Assembly: GCA_041615815.1 (NCBI GenBank)
Contig: JBFJCP010000002.1
Span: 32,001 to 96,000 of the forward strand
DNA: 64,000 nt
Source of the DNA: Gemmatimonadales bacterium
GTDB lineage: Bacteria; Gemmatimonadota; Gemmatimonadetes; Gemmatimonadales; GWC2-71-9
Reading direction: 5' to 3'
The notes below the pieces were generated by a model, which worked only from the letters and a program-made list of their open reading frames with translations, had not been told where the DNA came from and made no database searches. Numbering within the stretch: position 1 is the stretch's first letter; the number at the start of each line of letters is the position of its first letter. A program made the translations under genes and the position numbers. Shown piece after piece: positions 1 through 9,783 of the stretch.

Positions 1-1908
1 CGGACACAGCGCCGTGGACGTCTGGCCATTCTCGGACGAGTGCCGCCATGCGCCCTTGGGGATGTAGACAACGCCCGCCCGTACACCTCGACCCACCCGA
101 GCGCGACAAATGACCTCGCCCAGATCGTTATACACGCGCACCCGGTCACCGTCGCCGATACCGAGCCGGCGCGCATCGCCCGGATGCAGTTCGGCGAACA
201 GCTCATCGAAATTGAATTCCCCAAGCGTGCTCGAAATCATCTTGGACGTGGCCGGGCTGATCAGCGCGAGCGGAAATTGTTTGGCGTCGACGGGATTGTA
301 CACATAGGGCTTGGGTCCGAGCTCGGAAGGTGTGAGATGGACCTTTCCGTCGGATGTCCCCGGAAAGATCGTTCCGAACTGGACAGGACTCTGCTCCCGA
401 AATAGCGAAATGATCTGCCCTTCGCGCAGTGCGTCCACGTCGAGCTGGAGGCTTTGTGCCACACGCTGAAACGCCGTCTGGTCGTCCCAGTGGAACGCAT
501 CGTCGCTCCATCCCATGGCGCGCCCGAGCGCGGCGAAGACCTCGACGTTGGACTTGGCCTCCCCGCGGGGGGCGATCACGGGTCGGACGGCACCCACCAC
601 GTAATTCCCGTACCCTCGTCGAAGGTCCCAATGCTCCAGAAACGTCGTGGCGGGGAGCAAGAGATCGGCGTAGACGGCGGTATCCGTCATGACCTGATCG
701 AACACCACCGAGAAGAGATCCTCGCGGGCCAAACCGCGAAGCACGGCGTTTTGGTCCGGCACGGTTGCGGCCGGATTGCAGTTGTAGACGAAGAGCCCCT
801 TGATGGGCGCAACGTCGTCGTGCAGCACAGCGCCCAGCTCGGTCATATTGATGATGCGGGTGGGCTGAGCCGGCACGTCCAACACGTCGGTGGGATCGAA
901 CCGCAAGGCGCCGGTGTTGCTGAGCGTGTACCCACCGGCGCGTACCGCGAACTTGCCCACCAACGCCGGCATCGCGAGGATGGCGGCGACGGCCTGTCCG
1001 CCGTTGCGATTGCGCTCGACGCCCCAACCGCACCGTATCACGGCGGGACTCCTCTCGGCATACACGCCGGCCAGTCGCCTGATATCCTGCGCCGGCACAC
1101 CGCTCACCGCGGCCGCGCGTTCCACCGGCCACGCCGCCGCCGCCGCGAGCAGCGGTTCCAGCCCGTCGCACCATCGGTCGAGGAAGGCACGATCCAAGTA
1201 TCCCTCCTCGTGAAACAGCCGGATCATGCTCAAGGCCACGGGCAAATCCGTTCCCGGCAGCACCGGGAGATGCAAGTCGACCTCGGAAGCGCTGAAGTTT
1301 TGTCGGGGATCGACGACGGCGACGAAGGCGCCTCGCTGTTTGGCTTCGCGCAGAAAAGGCACCAAATGGATGTTCGAGGCTTTGGGGTTGGCCCCCCAGA
1401 TCACGACGCACTCCGAATGCACGTAATCGTCGAACGCCACCCCCGGCATCTTCCCATACATACCAGTGGCAACCGCGCCGGTTGGCGCGGCACAAATGGT
1501 GAGCGCCAACCGGGATGCGCCGAGCCGCGCAAAGAACAATCGATCCAACAGTCCATCCGTCAGGAATCCGTTGGACCCGCCGTAGTGGTAAGGAAGGATC
1601 GCCTCGCCACCCCAGGCGTCCACGATACGCTGAAACCGGCTCGAGATCTCAGCCAACGCATCCGGCCAGGAGATCGGGGCAAACCGTCCCGAGCCCTTGG
1701 GACCCGCGCGCCGCATGGGACGCAGCAGCCGGCGCGGGTGATCGAGCCGCTCTCCAAAACGCGCCACCTTGGAACAGATGAATCCGTTGGTGGCCGCGTG
1801 ACTCCGAGAGTCGCGAATGCGCTCCACCGCGTTCGCCGTCACGGCCACCTCAAGCGAGCACGTGTCCGGACAATCCATGGGACACGTCGTGGTATGCAGC
1901 GTGGGCAT
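1..1908 (-). CDS. Molybdopterin-dependent oxidoreductase (DMSO reductase family), 3' end runs off the window
   Basis: Not in the ORF track; ends read manually. Starts MPTLHTTTCPMDCPDTCSLEV...GFICSKV (N-terminal 4Fe-4S motif); C-terminal ELHPGDARRLGIGDGDRVRVYNDLGE...GVVYIPKG is the molybdopterin dinucleotide-binding domain. Confidence 0.88.
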   Translation of the reverse strand, partial: MPTLHTTTCPMDCPDTCSLEVAVTANAVERIRDSRSHAATNGFICSKVARFGERLDHPRRLLRPMRRAGPKGSGRFAPISWPDALAEISSRFQRIVDAWGGEAILPYHYGGSNGFLTDGLLDRLFFARLGASRLALTICAAPTGAVATGMYGKMPGVAFDDYVHSECVVIWGANPKASNIHLVPFLREAKQRGAFVAVVDPRQNFSASEVDLHLPVLPGTDLPVALSMIRLFHEEGYLDRAFLDRWCDGLEPLLAAAAAWPVERAAAVSGVPAQDIRRLAGVYAERSPAVIRCGWGVERNRNGGQAVAAILAMPALVGKFAVRAGGYTLSNTGALRFDPTDVLDVPAQPTRIINMTELGAVLHDDVAPIKGLFVYNCNPAATVPDQNAVLRGLAREDLFSVVFDQVMTDTAVYADLLLPATTFLEHWDLRRGYGNYVVGAVRPVIAPRGEAKSNVEVFAALGRAMGWSDDAFHWDDQTAFQRVAQSLQLDVDALREGQIISLFREQSPVQFGTIFPGTSDGKVHLTPSELGPKPYVYNPVDAKQFPLALISPATSKMISSTLGEFNFDELFAELHPGDARRLGIGDGDRVRVYNDLGEVICRARVGRGVRAGVVYIPKGAWRHSSENGQTSTALCP

Positions 1909-1981
1909 AGAGAAAAAGTAGCAAAACGCCCACCACCCCGCGACGATGTGCAGGGAGAATGGGCTTCCGATGTTGGGCGGG

Positions 1982-2623
1982 TTAGCGGTCGATCTGAATC
2001 CTGATGGAGTGGTCCTGCACCTCCGTGCGCAACTCCTCTCGGAGCTCGTCCCGCAACCGGCGCATCTTCACTCGGATATCGTCGCAGACCGCGACGTCCG
2101 GATCACTCAGACGTTCGCAGGCCACGTCGTCCGCCACCACGAACAGCTGGGCCTGGCGATCGGCGCCCACGAAGATCACTTCGCCGAAGGGCACGAGGCC
2201 GGCGGTGTCACCGGCACACTGGAGGACATGCTTGAGACCCTCCAGCGGCCAGGTACCGTCCATGGCATCCAGATCGATCCGGAACTGACAACCGTCGAAC
2301 CGGTGCGTGGCAGCGTCCCCATCCATCCGAACCACGAGCCGCAGGCTATCCACAGCGCCCGGCCGATTCCGCATGACGACCACGTGATCGAGTTTGCCGA
2401 GCCGCACACCATCGACGTGGAGCGTGGAGACGAGAGGCAGATTCCCGACATGCATGGTCACGGGATCCGCGCTGTGCTCGAGTTCGTGCGCCCACCCCTC
2501 GACCTGCTCCACCACCGCCGAGCCCTTCTCGACCCCCCAATTGACGGTCAGCCCGGCCACCACCACCAAGGGGGCACCAAGGAGTATCAGCGCTTTCTGC
2601 GTGGTCGACATAACGGCCCTCAA
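1982..2623 (-). CDS. Hypothetical membrane-anchored protein
   Basis: 213-aa ORF with N-terminal hydrophobic anchor; start could be the second Met (MSTTQK). Confidence 0.6.
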   Translation of the reverse strand: MRAVMSTTQKALILLGAPLVVVAGLTVNWGVEKGSAVVEQVEGWAHELEHSADPVTMHVGNLPLVSTLHVDGVRLGKLDHVVVMRNRPGAVDSLRLVVRMDGDAATHRFDGCQFRIDLDAMDGTWPLEGLKHVLQCAGDTAGLVPFGEVIFVGADRQAQLFVVADDVACERLSDPDVAVCDDIRVKMRRLRDELREELRTEVQDHSIRIQIDR

Positions 2624-2691
2624 CCGAGAGTTCTACTAAACATACGGCCGCGGCCCCGCGGGGGTTTCAATGCTTCAAACGACCGTCCCGC

Positions 2692-2720
2692 TTGACGATA
2701 GCCCTTCGGGGGATCATTCT
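2692..2720 (+). promoter_or_regulatory. Putative sigma70 promoter of tenA
   Basis: TTGACG-N17-CATTCT, ending 26 bp before the tenA ATG. Confidence 0.4.
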
Positions 2721-2746
2721 CCCGAACCCTCAGACGAGGTCCCCCC

Positions 2747-3412
2747 ATGGCTCAAGGGTCTTTCGTCGCCCAGCAGCTCGAGCGGCTCCGACCGATATGG
2801 GAGACCATGCTCGGCCACCGTTTCCTCATCGAGACCCGTGACGGCACCATCCAGCCGGAGCGATTCATCGATTGGATGCGTCAGGACTACTGGTTCGTCG
2901 AGCGGTCCAGCGAGTTCATGGCTGCCCTCATCCCCCGGGCTCCACGCCATCACTGGCGAGAGCTCTGCAATGTGATCGACGGTCTCGACAAGGAGCTCAA
3001 GCTGTTCGAGGACCGGGCCGCCGCGGTGAACATTCGGTTGAGAGACGCCCAACCGTCGTTCACGAACCACGCATACATCCAGTTCCTTCTCTCGACCGCC
3101 TACCGCGCCTCGTACCCGGAGGCGTATACGGTGTATTACGTTGCGGAGAAGGCGTACTTCGATTCCTGGAGCGTGGTGAAGGCGGGGATTGCCACCGACT
3201 CCCCGTGGTACCCATTCGTCGAACATTGGGCTGGAGAGGGATTTGGCCAGTACGTCCGGCGGATCGGCCAGCAGCTCGACACCATCGCGGAGGAAGCTGG
3301 TACCGAGCTCCGAGAGGCCATGGCGGAGTACTTCGAGCTCACAACGAAATACGAGTTGGCGTTCTGGGAAATGGCGGCGACCGGCGAAACGTGGCCGGGA
3401 GTCGACGATTGA
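2747..3412 (+). CDS. tenA: TenA/thiaminase II family protein
   Basis: HRFL...DGTI...FIDWMRQDYWFV and terminal TTKYELAFWEMA motifs of the TENA/THI-4 family. Confidence 0.8.
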   Translation: MAQGSFVAQQLERLRPIWETMLGHRFLIETRDGTIQPERFIDWMRQDYWFVERSSEFMAALIPRAPRHHWRELCNVIDGLDKELKLFEDRAAAVNIRLRDAQPSFTNHAYIQFLLSTAYRASYPEAYTVYYVAEKAYFDSWSVVKAGIATDSPWYPFVEHWAGEGFGQYVRRIGQQLDTIAEEAGTELREAMAEYFELTTKYELAFWEMAATGETWPGVDD

Positions 3413-3477
3413 TTGACGGTCGGAAAGTCGGAAGCTTGGAAGGAGTCCAGAACGGGTGGAGCACACCGGCGTTTCGG

Positions 3478-4728
3478 ATGAAAGGTGATCGGAGGAAGGG
3501 AGATCGGGGACCGCCTCCACGGATCCTCCACGCGGACGCGGATGCATTCTTCGTGCAGGTGGCCCGGCTGGCGGATCCCGATGGAGCTGGAAGGACGCGG
3601 CTGCTGGTGGTGGGGGGCTCGGCGCAGCACCGCGGGGTGGTGACCTCGGCGTCGTACGAGACCCGGCCCTTTGGCGTCCGCTCGGGCATGCCCATGGCAC
3701 AGGCACTCCGCCTGTGTCCCGGTGTGGTGCAGGTGCCAGTCCCGCGTGGTGCGTGCGCGGCCAAAAGCAAGGAGATCCGCGCGGTGCTGGAACGGTTCAC
3801 CCCCGTGGTCGAAGCGGCGAGCATCGACGAGTTCTACCTCGATCTCTCCGGCACGGAGCAGCTCTACGGGCACGAGCCGCTCCGCGCCACGGCTCGCACC
3901 ATCCGCAAGGCCGTGCTGACGGCCACGGGTGTCGCCGTCTCCATCGGGGCCGGCACCACGCGGCTGGTGGCCAAGCTCGCGTCTCGACGAGCCAAGCCCC
4001 ACCCCGATCGCAAGTCCGCTGGGGTCTTCGTCGTGGCCCCGGGTGAGGAAGGATCGTTCCTGGCGGAGCACCACCTGGCCGCGATTCCGGGCATCGGCCC
4101 GCGATTCCAGGAGCGGTTGGCCAACCGCGGACTCCGCACCGTTCGCGATGCCCTCGAGCACGACGAGCGCACCCTTACGGCGTGGTTCGGCGACCGCAGC
4201 GGTCGCTGGCTCTACCGCCGCATCCGCGGCATCGACTCCGCCACCGTCAGCTCGCGTAGCAAGGCGCGGTCGCTGGGACACGAACAGACCTTCTCCCGCG
4301 ACATCGATGCCGACGATGCGCTGGACCAGGTCCTGCGCCGCCTCGCCGCACAAGTGGGCGCCGACCTCCGGGCCGGCGATCTTCGGACTCGCACGATAAC
4401 CGTCAAACTCCGTGACGCCGATTTCACGACCCGGCAGGCCAGCCGAACGTTGCCGGATCCCGTGGCGGCCGATGAGCCCATTGCTCGCACCGCCCGGAGT
4501 CTGCTGTTCCGGCTCCGGCGCGCGCGGCGCGTCCCCGCGCGCCTCATGGGAATCTCGCTCTCGAACCTCACAGGCGCCGATGCGACTCAGCTCACGCTGT
4601 TCCAGTCGGCGGATGCAGCAGTGGAGACCGAGCGCGATCGCGCCCTCTCCCGGACGGTGGACCGGATCAACCGGTCGCTGGGTGGACGGCGGATCCGTCG
4701 CGGCAGTGAGATGTCGCCGGACCGCTAG
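3478..4728 (+). CDS. dinB: DNA polymerase IV (Y family)
   Basis: ILHADADAFFVQV, VVTSASYETRPFGVRSGMP, SIDEFYLD, little-finger TITVKLRDADF. Confidence 0.93.
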   Translation: MKGDRRKGDRGPPPRILHADADAFFVQVARLADPDGAGRTRLLVVGGSAQHRGVVTSASYETRPFGVRSGMPMAQALRLCPGVVQVPVPRGACAAKSKEIRAVLERFTPVVEAASIDEFYLDLSGTEQLYGHEPLRATARTIRKAVLTATGVAVSIGAGTTRLVAKLASRRAKPHPDRKSAGVFVVAPGEEGSFLAEHHLAAIPGIGPRFQERLANRGLRTVRDALEHDERTLTAWFGDRSGRWLYRRIRGIDSATVSSRSKARSLGHEQTFSRDIDADDALDQVLRRLAAQVGADLRAGDLRTRTITVKLRDADFTTRQASRTLPDPVAADEPIARTARSLLFRLRRARRVPARLMGISLSNLTGADATQLTLFQSADAAVETERDRALSRTVDRINRSLGGRRIRRGSEMSPDR

Positions 4729-4797
4729 GGACGCTCTGCGCAAGTCGTCCTAGCCCCCACCCCAGCTTCCGCGTTACCCCTGCAGGACTTCCCGAGC

Positions 4798-5367
4798 TCA
4801 TTTCTTCTTCAAGATGGCACGCCACCCGGTGGCATGCGGGAGTGGGTGGACGTTCTCGCTCCATTGGCGGGCCGACTCCACTAGATAGAACAAATCGGGA
4901 TCCACGCCCTTCGCCAGGTCGATGACGCTGCGCACGCGCGGCCCACGCGCCGACACGTACACGAGGTTCACCGGTCCTTGGCTGGTCGTCCCGTCAAACG
5001 TGGCCAAGACGCGCCCTTCGCCATTCAGCGCTGCGGCAATCCTCTCGCCGTTCTCCTTGGACAGGATCCGGATCACAAAGAGCTTGAGGGCGAGGGCCCG
5101 CTCGATGAGAATCCCCGCACCAACGCCCGCGGCGAAGCCCGCGGCGTAGACCGGCGCGAGCCACGGCGCATCGTCGAACCGGGACACCACCTGCGCAATG
5201 GCGGTGACCCAGATCAACACCTCGAAGAAGCCGAGCACTACTGCGAGCCGTGCCCGCCCCTCGACGACGAAGATGGTGCGCACCGTTCCGATTGCGACGT
5301 CGACGACCCGCAGCAGAAAAATGGCTCCAGCCACTGCCCAGATGGGGAGTTGGTCGAGGAAACTCAT
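4798..5367 (-). CDS. DUF5698/UPF0316-type membrane protein
   Basis: [22 protein letters not shown]...GFFEVLIW...[11 protein letters not shown] overlaps the ferredoxin stop. Confidence 0.8.
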   Translation of the reverse strand: MSFLDQLPIWAVAGAIFLLRVVDVAIGTVRTIFVVEGRARLAVVLGFFEVLIWVTAIAQVVSRFDDAPWLAPVYAAGFAAGVGAGILIERALALKLFVIRILSKENGERIAAALNGEGRVLATFDGTTSQGPVNLVYVSARGPRVRSVIDLAKGVDPDLFYLVESARQWSENVHPLPHATGWRAILKKK

Positions 5368-5762
5368 GACACCGGACGGCCATCCGGGTTCGGCAACACT
5401 CGTTGCGTGATGATATAATCCTGCACGGGCACGCCACCCACGAGGTGTTCCTGGATGATCCGCTCCAGTACCGGGGGATCGCAGTGGTGATACCATGCGC
5501 CTTCGGGGTACACCACCGCGATGGGTCCGCCCTCGCAGATCCGGAAGCAATTGGCTTTGGTGCGGTAGATACCGCCCTGCTCCGAGAGCGCCAGCTCCTT
5601 CAACCGGCGTTTGAGATACTCCCACGCCTCGAGCGAGCGCGCGCGGTCGCAGCACTTAGGCTTTGTCTGATCGCAGCACAAGAAAATGTGCCGGCGGATC
5701 GCGGGGACGCCGACGTCACGTGCCGTGCGCCGTAGCGGCGCGGTGGGATCGATCGTTGGCAT
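5364..5762 (-). CDS. Thioredoxin-like [2Fe-2S] ferredoxin
   Basis: HIFLCC...KCC...[22 protein letters not shown]...IIQEHLVGG. Confidence 0.9.
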   Translation of the reverse strand: MPTIDPTAPLRRTARDVGVPAIRRHIFLCCDQTKPKCCDRARSLEAWEYLKRRLKELALSEQGGIYRTKANCFRICEGGPIAVVYPEGAWYHHCDPPVLERIIQEHLVGGVPVQDYIITQRVLPNPDGRPVS

Positions 5763-5917
5763 GGACGGATACTATCGCGCTGGGGCCGTGCCGCCAACGG
5801 CCCGTCGCCACAAAACGCCAACAGGGCTCCCGGTACTCAGGAGCCCTGCTGGCCAAGCAAAACCAGAAGCCGCTAGCCCTATGCGCTCAGTTCATGAGCG
5901 CTTCATCAGCACCCTCA

Positions 5918-7348
5918 TCAGCAGCCGAGGTCGATCCGGGCTTGCGGGTCGTTGACTGGTGTGCAGTTGCCCGACGGTAACCGAGTCGGCACGTAACGCA
6001 TCAGATCGGCGTCGTAGAGGCCGGTTTGCAGGAACGCGACCAGGTCATCGATCTCATGGGGTTTGAGCCCCAGCGGAATGAATGCAGATGCCAGTTGACC
6101 GTCAGGAACCACCGCATTCTGCGGGATGGCGGCGTTCTTGTACTCCACCACCTGACGCACGGTGCCGAATGATGCTCCGTGCCCGTAGAAGGGACTGCTC
6201 TCCAGGTTGTACAGCTGGGGCGTCTTCCATTTGAAGAAATCCGCTTCGCGGGTGGTGAAGCCACCGCGCCCCTGTCGGACGCCGTCGGGGATCGTGCCAC
6301 CCGTGGGAACGAGATTGACCCGGCTCGGATCGTACGCTCCGTCCAAATCATTCATCCCTAGGGCATGGAACGTCATCGAGTTGAGTGCCGGTCCGTTGTG
6401 GCACTCGACACAGCCTGCCTTGCCGAAGAAGAGGATGGCGCCGCGCTTCTCGTCGTCCGTCATGGCGGCGATATCACCCCGCAGCCACCGTTGCCACGGT
6501 GTCCGATTGGCGAGGACCGTTCGCTCGAACGCGCCGATGGCCAGCGCGCTATTCAACCGGTTGATGGGATTGCGATCACCGGGGAACGCCGCCTTGAACA
6601 GCGCTATGTATTCGGGGATGGTGGCGACCCGCGATGCCTCGATCGAGACCATGCGGTGGACCTTCATTCCGGCGTGGGCCTGCGTCTCGAGCCCGTGCAG
6701 GCCCAAGAAGTTGGACTCTTTGGGCGACCCCGCGGTCCATTGCGCTTCCGTGCCCAAGTTGCCACCCACACCTCCGAACTGACCGTTCCACAGCATGAGC
6801 TCCTGAAACGCCCCGTTCATGACCGTCGGCGTACGGATCGGTTGCACGTCCGGCTGATCCAGCGCGTACGCGGCGTGCGGCACGCGCCCTTCGCCGGCGA
6901 GCCCAAACCCACTCCCCCCCTCCGCGATGCCCTGCGGCACATTGGCCTGGAACCCCGCTTGGGCGAAGTGGCAGGACGCGCACGAGTAGGCCTCGCGTCC
7001 CTCGGGTCGGACGTTGTCGACCGCGAGGGCCGTTTCATGATACAGGAACTGCCCGAGGGCGACCTTTTGTGGCGTCATGCGGTTCTTGGGGTCCTGCGGA
7101 ATCCTGCCGAGCTGATGACTCTCCGGGAGCTGGAGATGGACGAGGCCCTTTCCTCCGGTGGCCCTCAAGATGGTGCGACGCAGGTGGGCGTCGAGGGCTC
7201 GGCCGCGCGCTCCGAACGCCAGATGCGCCTCCGGGGTGAGCTCGACGTCTTGATCGGGAGTGACAGGACTCTCACATCCCATCACCGAGACCGCGGCCAC
7301 CAGGGCCCCGGCCGTGACCAGTGTTCTGGCTTGGCGAGTCTTGAGCAT
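5918..7348 (-). CDS. Diheme cytochrome c peroxidase / MauG family lipoprotein
   Basis: PQDPKNRMTPQKVALGQFLYHE, CASCH, CVECH, KTPQLYNL; lipobox-like VMGC; AGGAGG before the ATG at 7348. Confidence 0.88.
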   Translation of the reverse strand: MLKTRQARTLVTAGALVAAVSVMGCESPVTPDQDVELTPEAHLAFGARGRALDAHLRRTILRATGGKGLVHLQLPESHQLGRIPQDPKNRMTPQKVALGQFLYHETALAVDNVRPEGREAYSCASCHFAQAGFQANVPQGIAEGGSGFGLAGEGRVPHAAYALDQPDVQPIRTPTVMNGAFQELMLWNGQFGGVGGNLGTEAQWTAGSPKESNFLGLHGLETQAHAGMKVHRMVSIEASRVATIPEYIALFKAAFPGDRNPINRLNSALAIGAFERTVLANRTPWQRWLRGDIAAMTDDEKRGAILFFGKAGCVECHNGPALNSMTFHALGMNDLDGAYDPSRVNLVPTGGTIPDGVRQGRGGFTTREADFFKWKTPQLYNLESSPFYGHGASFGTVRQVVEYKNAAIPQNAVVPDGQLASAFIPLGLKPHEIDDLVAFLQTGLYDADLMRYVPTRLPSGNCTPVNDPQARIDLGC

Positions 7349-7530
7349 GCATGACCTCCTGGAGCCGTCCTCTACGCGGAGGGACGACGACGGCGGGTGA
7401 CGGCGTGAACATCGGTTGGTGATTGAGGCGTAACACGAGCAACAACCACGCCGTCTCGGTACCACACGGACCGTCGCGCGCGCGCCACGCTCGGTGCCCG
7501 TAGCCATCCCGTACGGGCCAACCACCCTCA

Positions 7531-7546
7531 TCCGTAGCCTCACGGA
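7531..7546. promoter_or_regulatory. Dyad TCCGT-N6-ACGGA, candidate NarL-type operator (copy 1)
   Basis: TCCGTAgcctCACGGA; the same motif recurs at 9451-9466. Confidence 0.45.
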
Positions 7547-7638
7547 GTCCTTTTCCGGACTTTCCGACGCCGAGGTGCGAGACATGCAGGGGAAGACTCG
7601 TGAGGGGAACCTTTCTACCGTCACTTCCACAAGACGCC

Positions 7639-8727
7639 ATGGCGGCCAGCCGACAACGATCACGGGGCGTGAGCCACGACGCCGCGAGTCCAAGGACTCG
7701 GGCTGCGAGTGAGGCGGACACCAAGTTTTCCAAGGTGTTCCTCCACTCATACGACATGATCTTGATCGTCGATCCCTTGGGCGATCGGATCGTGGACGCG
7801 AACCCCATGGCTTGTCATGTCCTTGGATACTCACGTGAGGAGCTCACGGCGCTTTCGCCCGGCACGCTGCACCCGCGAGGGGTTGCTCGGTTCAGGGCAT
7901 TCGCGGAGCAGGTCTTGGCGGAAGGGACCGGCTGGGTGGATGAGTTCGAATGCGTGGCTCGGGACGGGCACCCCGTGCCCACCGAGATCTCCGCGTCACG
8001 CATCGAGCTGGAAGGCCGTCCGTGTTTGCTGGCAGTGGCGCGCGATCTGACCCAACACAAGCGTGCCGAAGCAGAGTTGCGGCGGTTATCCCATCGAGCC
8101 ATCCACGCCCAGGAAGCCGAGCGGCGCCGCGTCGCTCGAGAGCTACACGACAGTGTGAACCAGCTGCTCTCGTCCGTGAAATTCAGAATCCAGGAAGCCC
8201 AAGCGATGACCCACACCGCTGGTCGCGAGCAGGCGGCGATGGCGACGAGGCTGCTGGAGCGCGCCATCGGGGAGATTCGGCGCATCTCGCACAATCTCCG
8301 CCCCAGCGAATTGGACGACCTCGGACTCGCGCCGGCGCTCCGCCAATTATGCCACGACCTTGCGACGCGCACCGGTCTCCAGCTGTCGCTTGACCTGGAC
8401 TCAGGCGATGGCTTGTGCGCCGAGCTCGAGCTCACGCTCTACCGGATCTGTCAGGAGGCACTGACGAACATCGAAAAGCACGCGAAGGCCAAACGCGCTC
8501 GTGTGTCGCTCGGTCGGGCGCACGACACAATCGTGCTCCAGATCGAGGACGATGGCCAGGGATTGACACCCGCAACGGCGCGATCGGGAGGGCTCGGACT
8601 CGTCGCCATGCGAGAGCGGGCCACCTTGCACGGTGGGACGTTCGACATCGAGACGCGACCCGGCGGAGGGACTTCGCTGAGCGTCCGCTTGCCCGTCCAG
8701 CCACACACGCACCCGGAGCACGCATGA
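7639..8727 (+). CDS. PAS-domain sensor histidine kinase (NarX/HisKA_3 type)
   Basis: PAS, then AQEAERRRVARELHDSVNQ, LRPSELDDLGL, QEALTNIEKHA, DDGQG, GLGL. Confidence 0.92.
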   Translation: MAASRQRSRGVSHDAASPRTRAASEADTKFSKVFLHSYDMILIVDPLGDRIVDANPMACHVLGYSREELTALSPGTLHPRGVARFRAFAEQVLAEGTGWVDEFECVARDGHPVPTEISASRIELEGRPCLLAVARDLTQHKRAEAELRRLSHRAIHAQEAERRRVARELHDSVNQLLSSVKFRIQEAQAMTHTAGREQAAMATRLLERAIGEIRRISHNLRPSELDDLGLAPALRQLCHDLATRTGLQLSLDLDSGDGLCAELELTLYRICQEALTNIEKHAKAKRARVSLGRAHDTIVLQIEDDGQGLTPATARSGGLGLVAMRERATLHGGTFDIETRPGGGTSLSVRLPVQPHTHPEHA

Positions 8728-9398
8728 GGAGCGCGAGTCCGCGTCCGCACGCTCCCATCCGTCTCTTACTGGCCGACGATCACCCGGTGGTCCGGGAGGG
8801 TATTCGCGCGGCGCTCTCCAGCGACGCTCGCTTCCGCATCGTCGGTGAAGCATCCAACGGAGAAGAGGCGATTCGGATGACCGAACTCTTGGAACCCGAC
8901 GTCGTGTTGATGGATATCACGATGCCCGGAACGAGCGGTCTTCAGGCCACGCGGGCGATTCGGCGCTCCACGCCGCACGCCAAGGTGCTCGTGCTGACCA
9001 TTCACGAGAGTCGTGAGTATGTGCGTCAGATCCTCCGCTGCGGCGCGCGGGGATACCTGCTCAAGGACGCCGCTCCACAGGAGCTGCGCCGCGCCATCGA
9101 GATCGTCGCCAAGGGGGAGCCGTTCTTTAGTCCCAGCGTCTCGCAAGTGCTGCTCGACGAGTTCCTGCAGGCGCCGCGGGGTACCGAGGGGGACAGCGCG
9201 AACCTGTCCCCGCGGGAACGCGAGGTCCTGGCGTTGGTGGCGCGAGGCCGGACCAACAAGGAGATCGCGGCAGAACTGGGAATCAGCGTGCGGACCGTCG
9301 AGACCCATCGGACCCGCATTGGACGTAAGCTCGGTCTCAGAAGCGCCGCGGACCTGACGCGGTTCGCCATTGCGCATGGGCTGATCCACCCCGGCTGA
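8724..9398 (+). CDS. NarL/FixJ family response regulator
   Basis: LLADDHPVVREG, DVVLMDITMP, LSPREREVL...NKEIA...SVRTVETHR; ATGA overlap with the kinase. Confidence 0.95.
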   Translation: MRSASPRPHAPIRLLLADDHPVVREGIRAALSSDARFRIVGEASNGEEAIRMTELLEPDVVLMDITMPGTSGLQATRAIRRSTPHAKVLVLTIHESREYVRQILRCGARGYLLKDAAPQELRRAIEIVAKGEPFFSPSVSQVLLDEFLQAPRGTEGDSANLSPREREVLALVARGRTNKEIAAELGISVRTVETHRTRIGRKLGLRSAADLTRFAIAHGLIHPG

Positions 9399-9450
9399 CC
9401 ACCCGGGGGCTTCGCACACGTTCGATCCGTACGACCTCGTAGTTCTCCCA

Positions 9451-9466
9451 TCCGTACACACACGGA
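9451..9466. promoter_or_regulatory. Dyad TCCGT-N6-ACGGA, candidate operator (copy 2)
   Basis: TCCGTAcacaCACGGA. Confidence 0.45.
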
Positions 9467-9783
9467 AGCTTCACAAAGCAAACGACGCCGAGGGACCGAG
9501 CGCTGCGGTGGCACGTCAACACCCGGCGTCCATGTGCATCGTGAAACAGCTGTCGTCCACGCTGGGGACGATCGTCCTCGGCGGCGGACAGATCGAACGC
9601 GTCATGACCTCCCTAGTCGCTTACCACGTAAGGACTTGCGTACCGGCACGACTCTCGCAGCGAACAAAGTGTGCATTCCTTAGTATTATGGGTGAGAAGC
9701 TTTCGAGCCCACCGTCGAACGTCGAGGTTCACGCGCTGGTCTCCCATCTCGACATTCGAACCGGGCCACACTGGGAGGGCTCA

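Noticed and set aside
454..2004. 516-aa plus-strand ORF and 430-aa minus-strand ORF
   Set aside because: Shadow frames of the molybdopterin oxidoreductase (1-1908, minus), which the ORF track missed because it has no stop in the window
2624..2746. TPP riboswitch upstream of tenA
   Set aside because: No CTGAGA core or other conserved TPP elements seen
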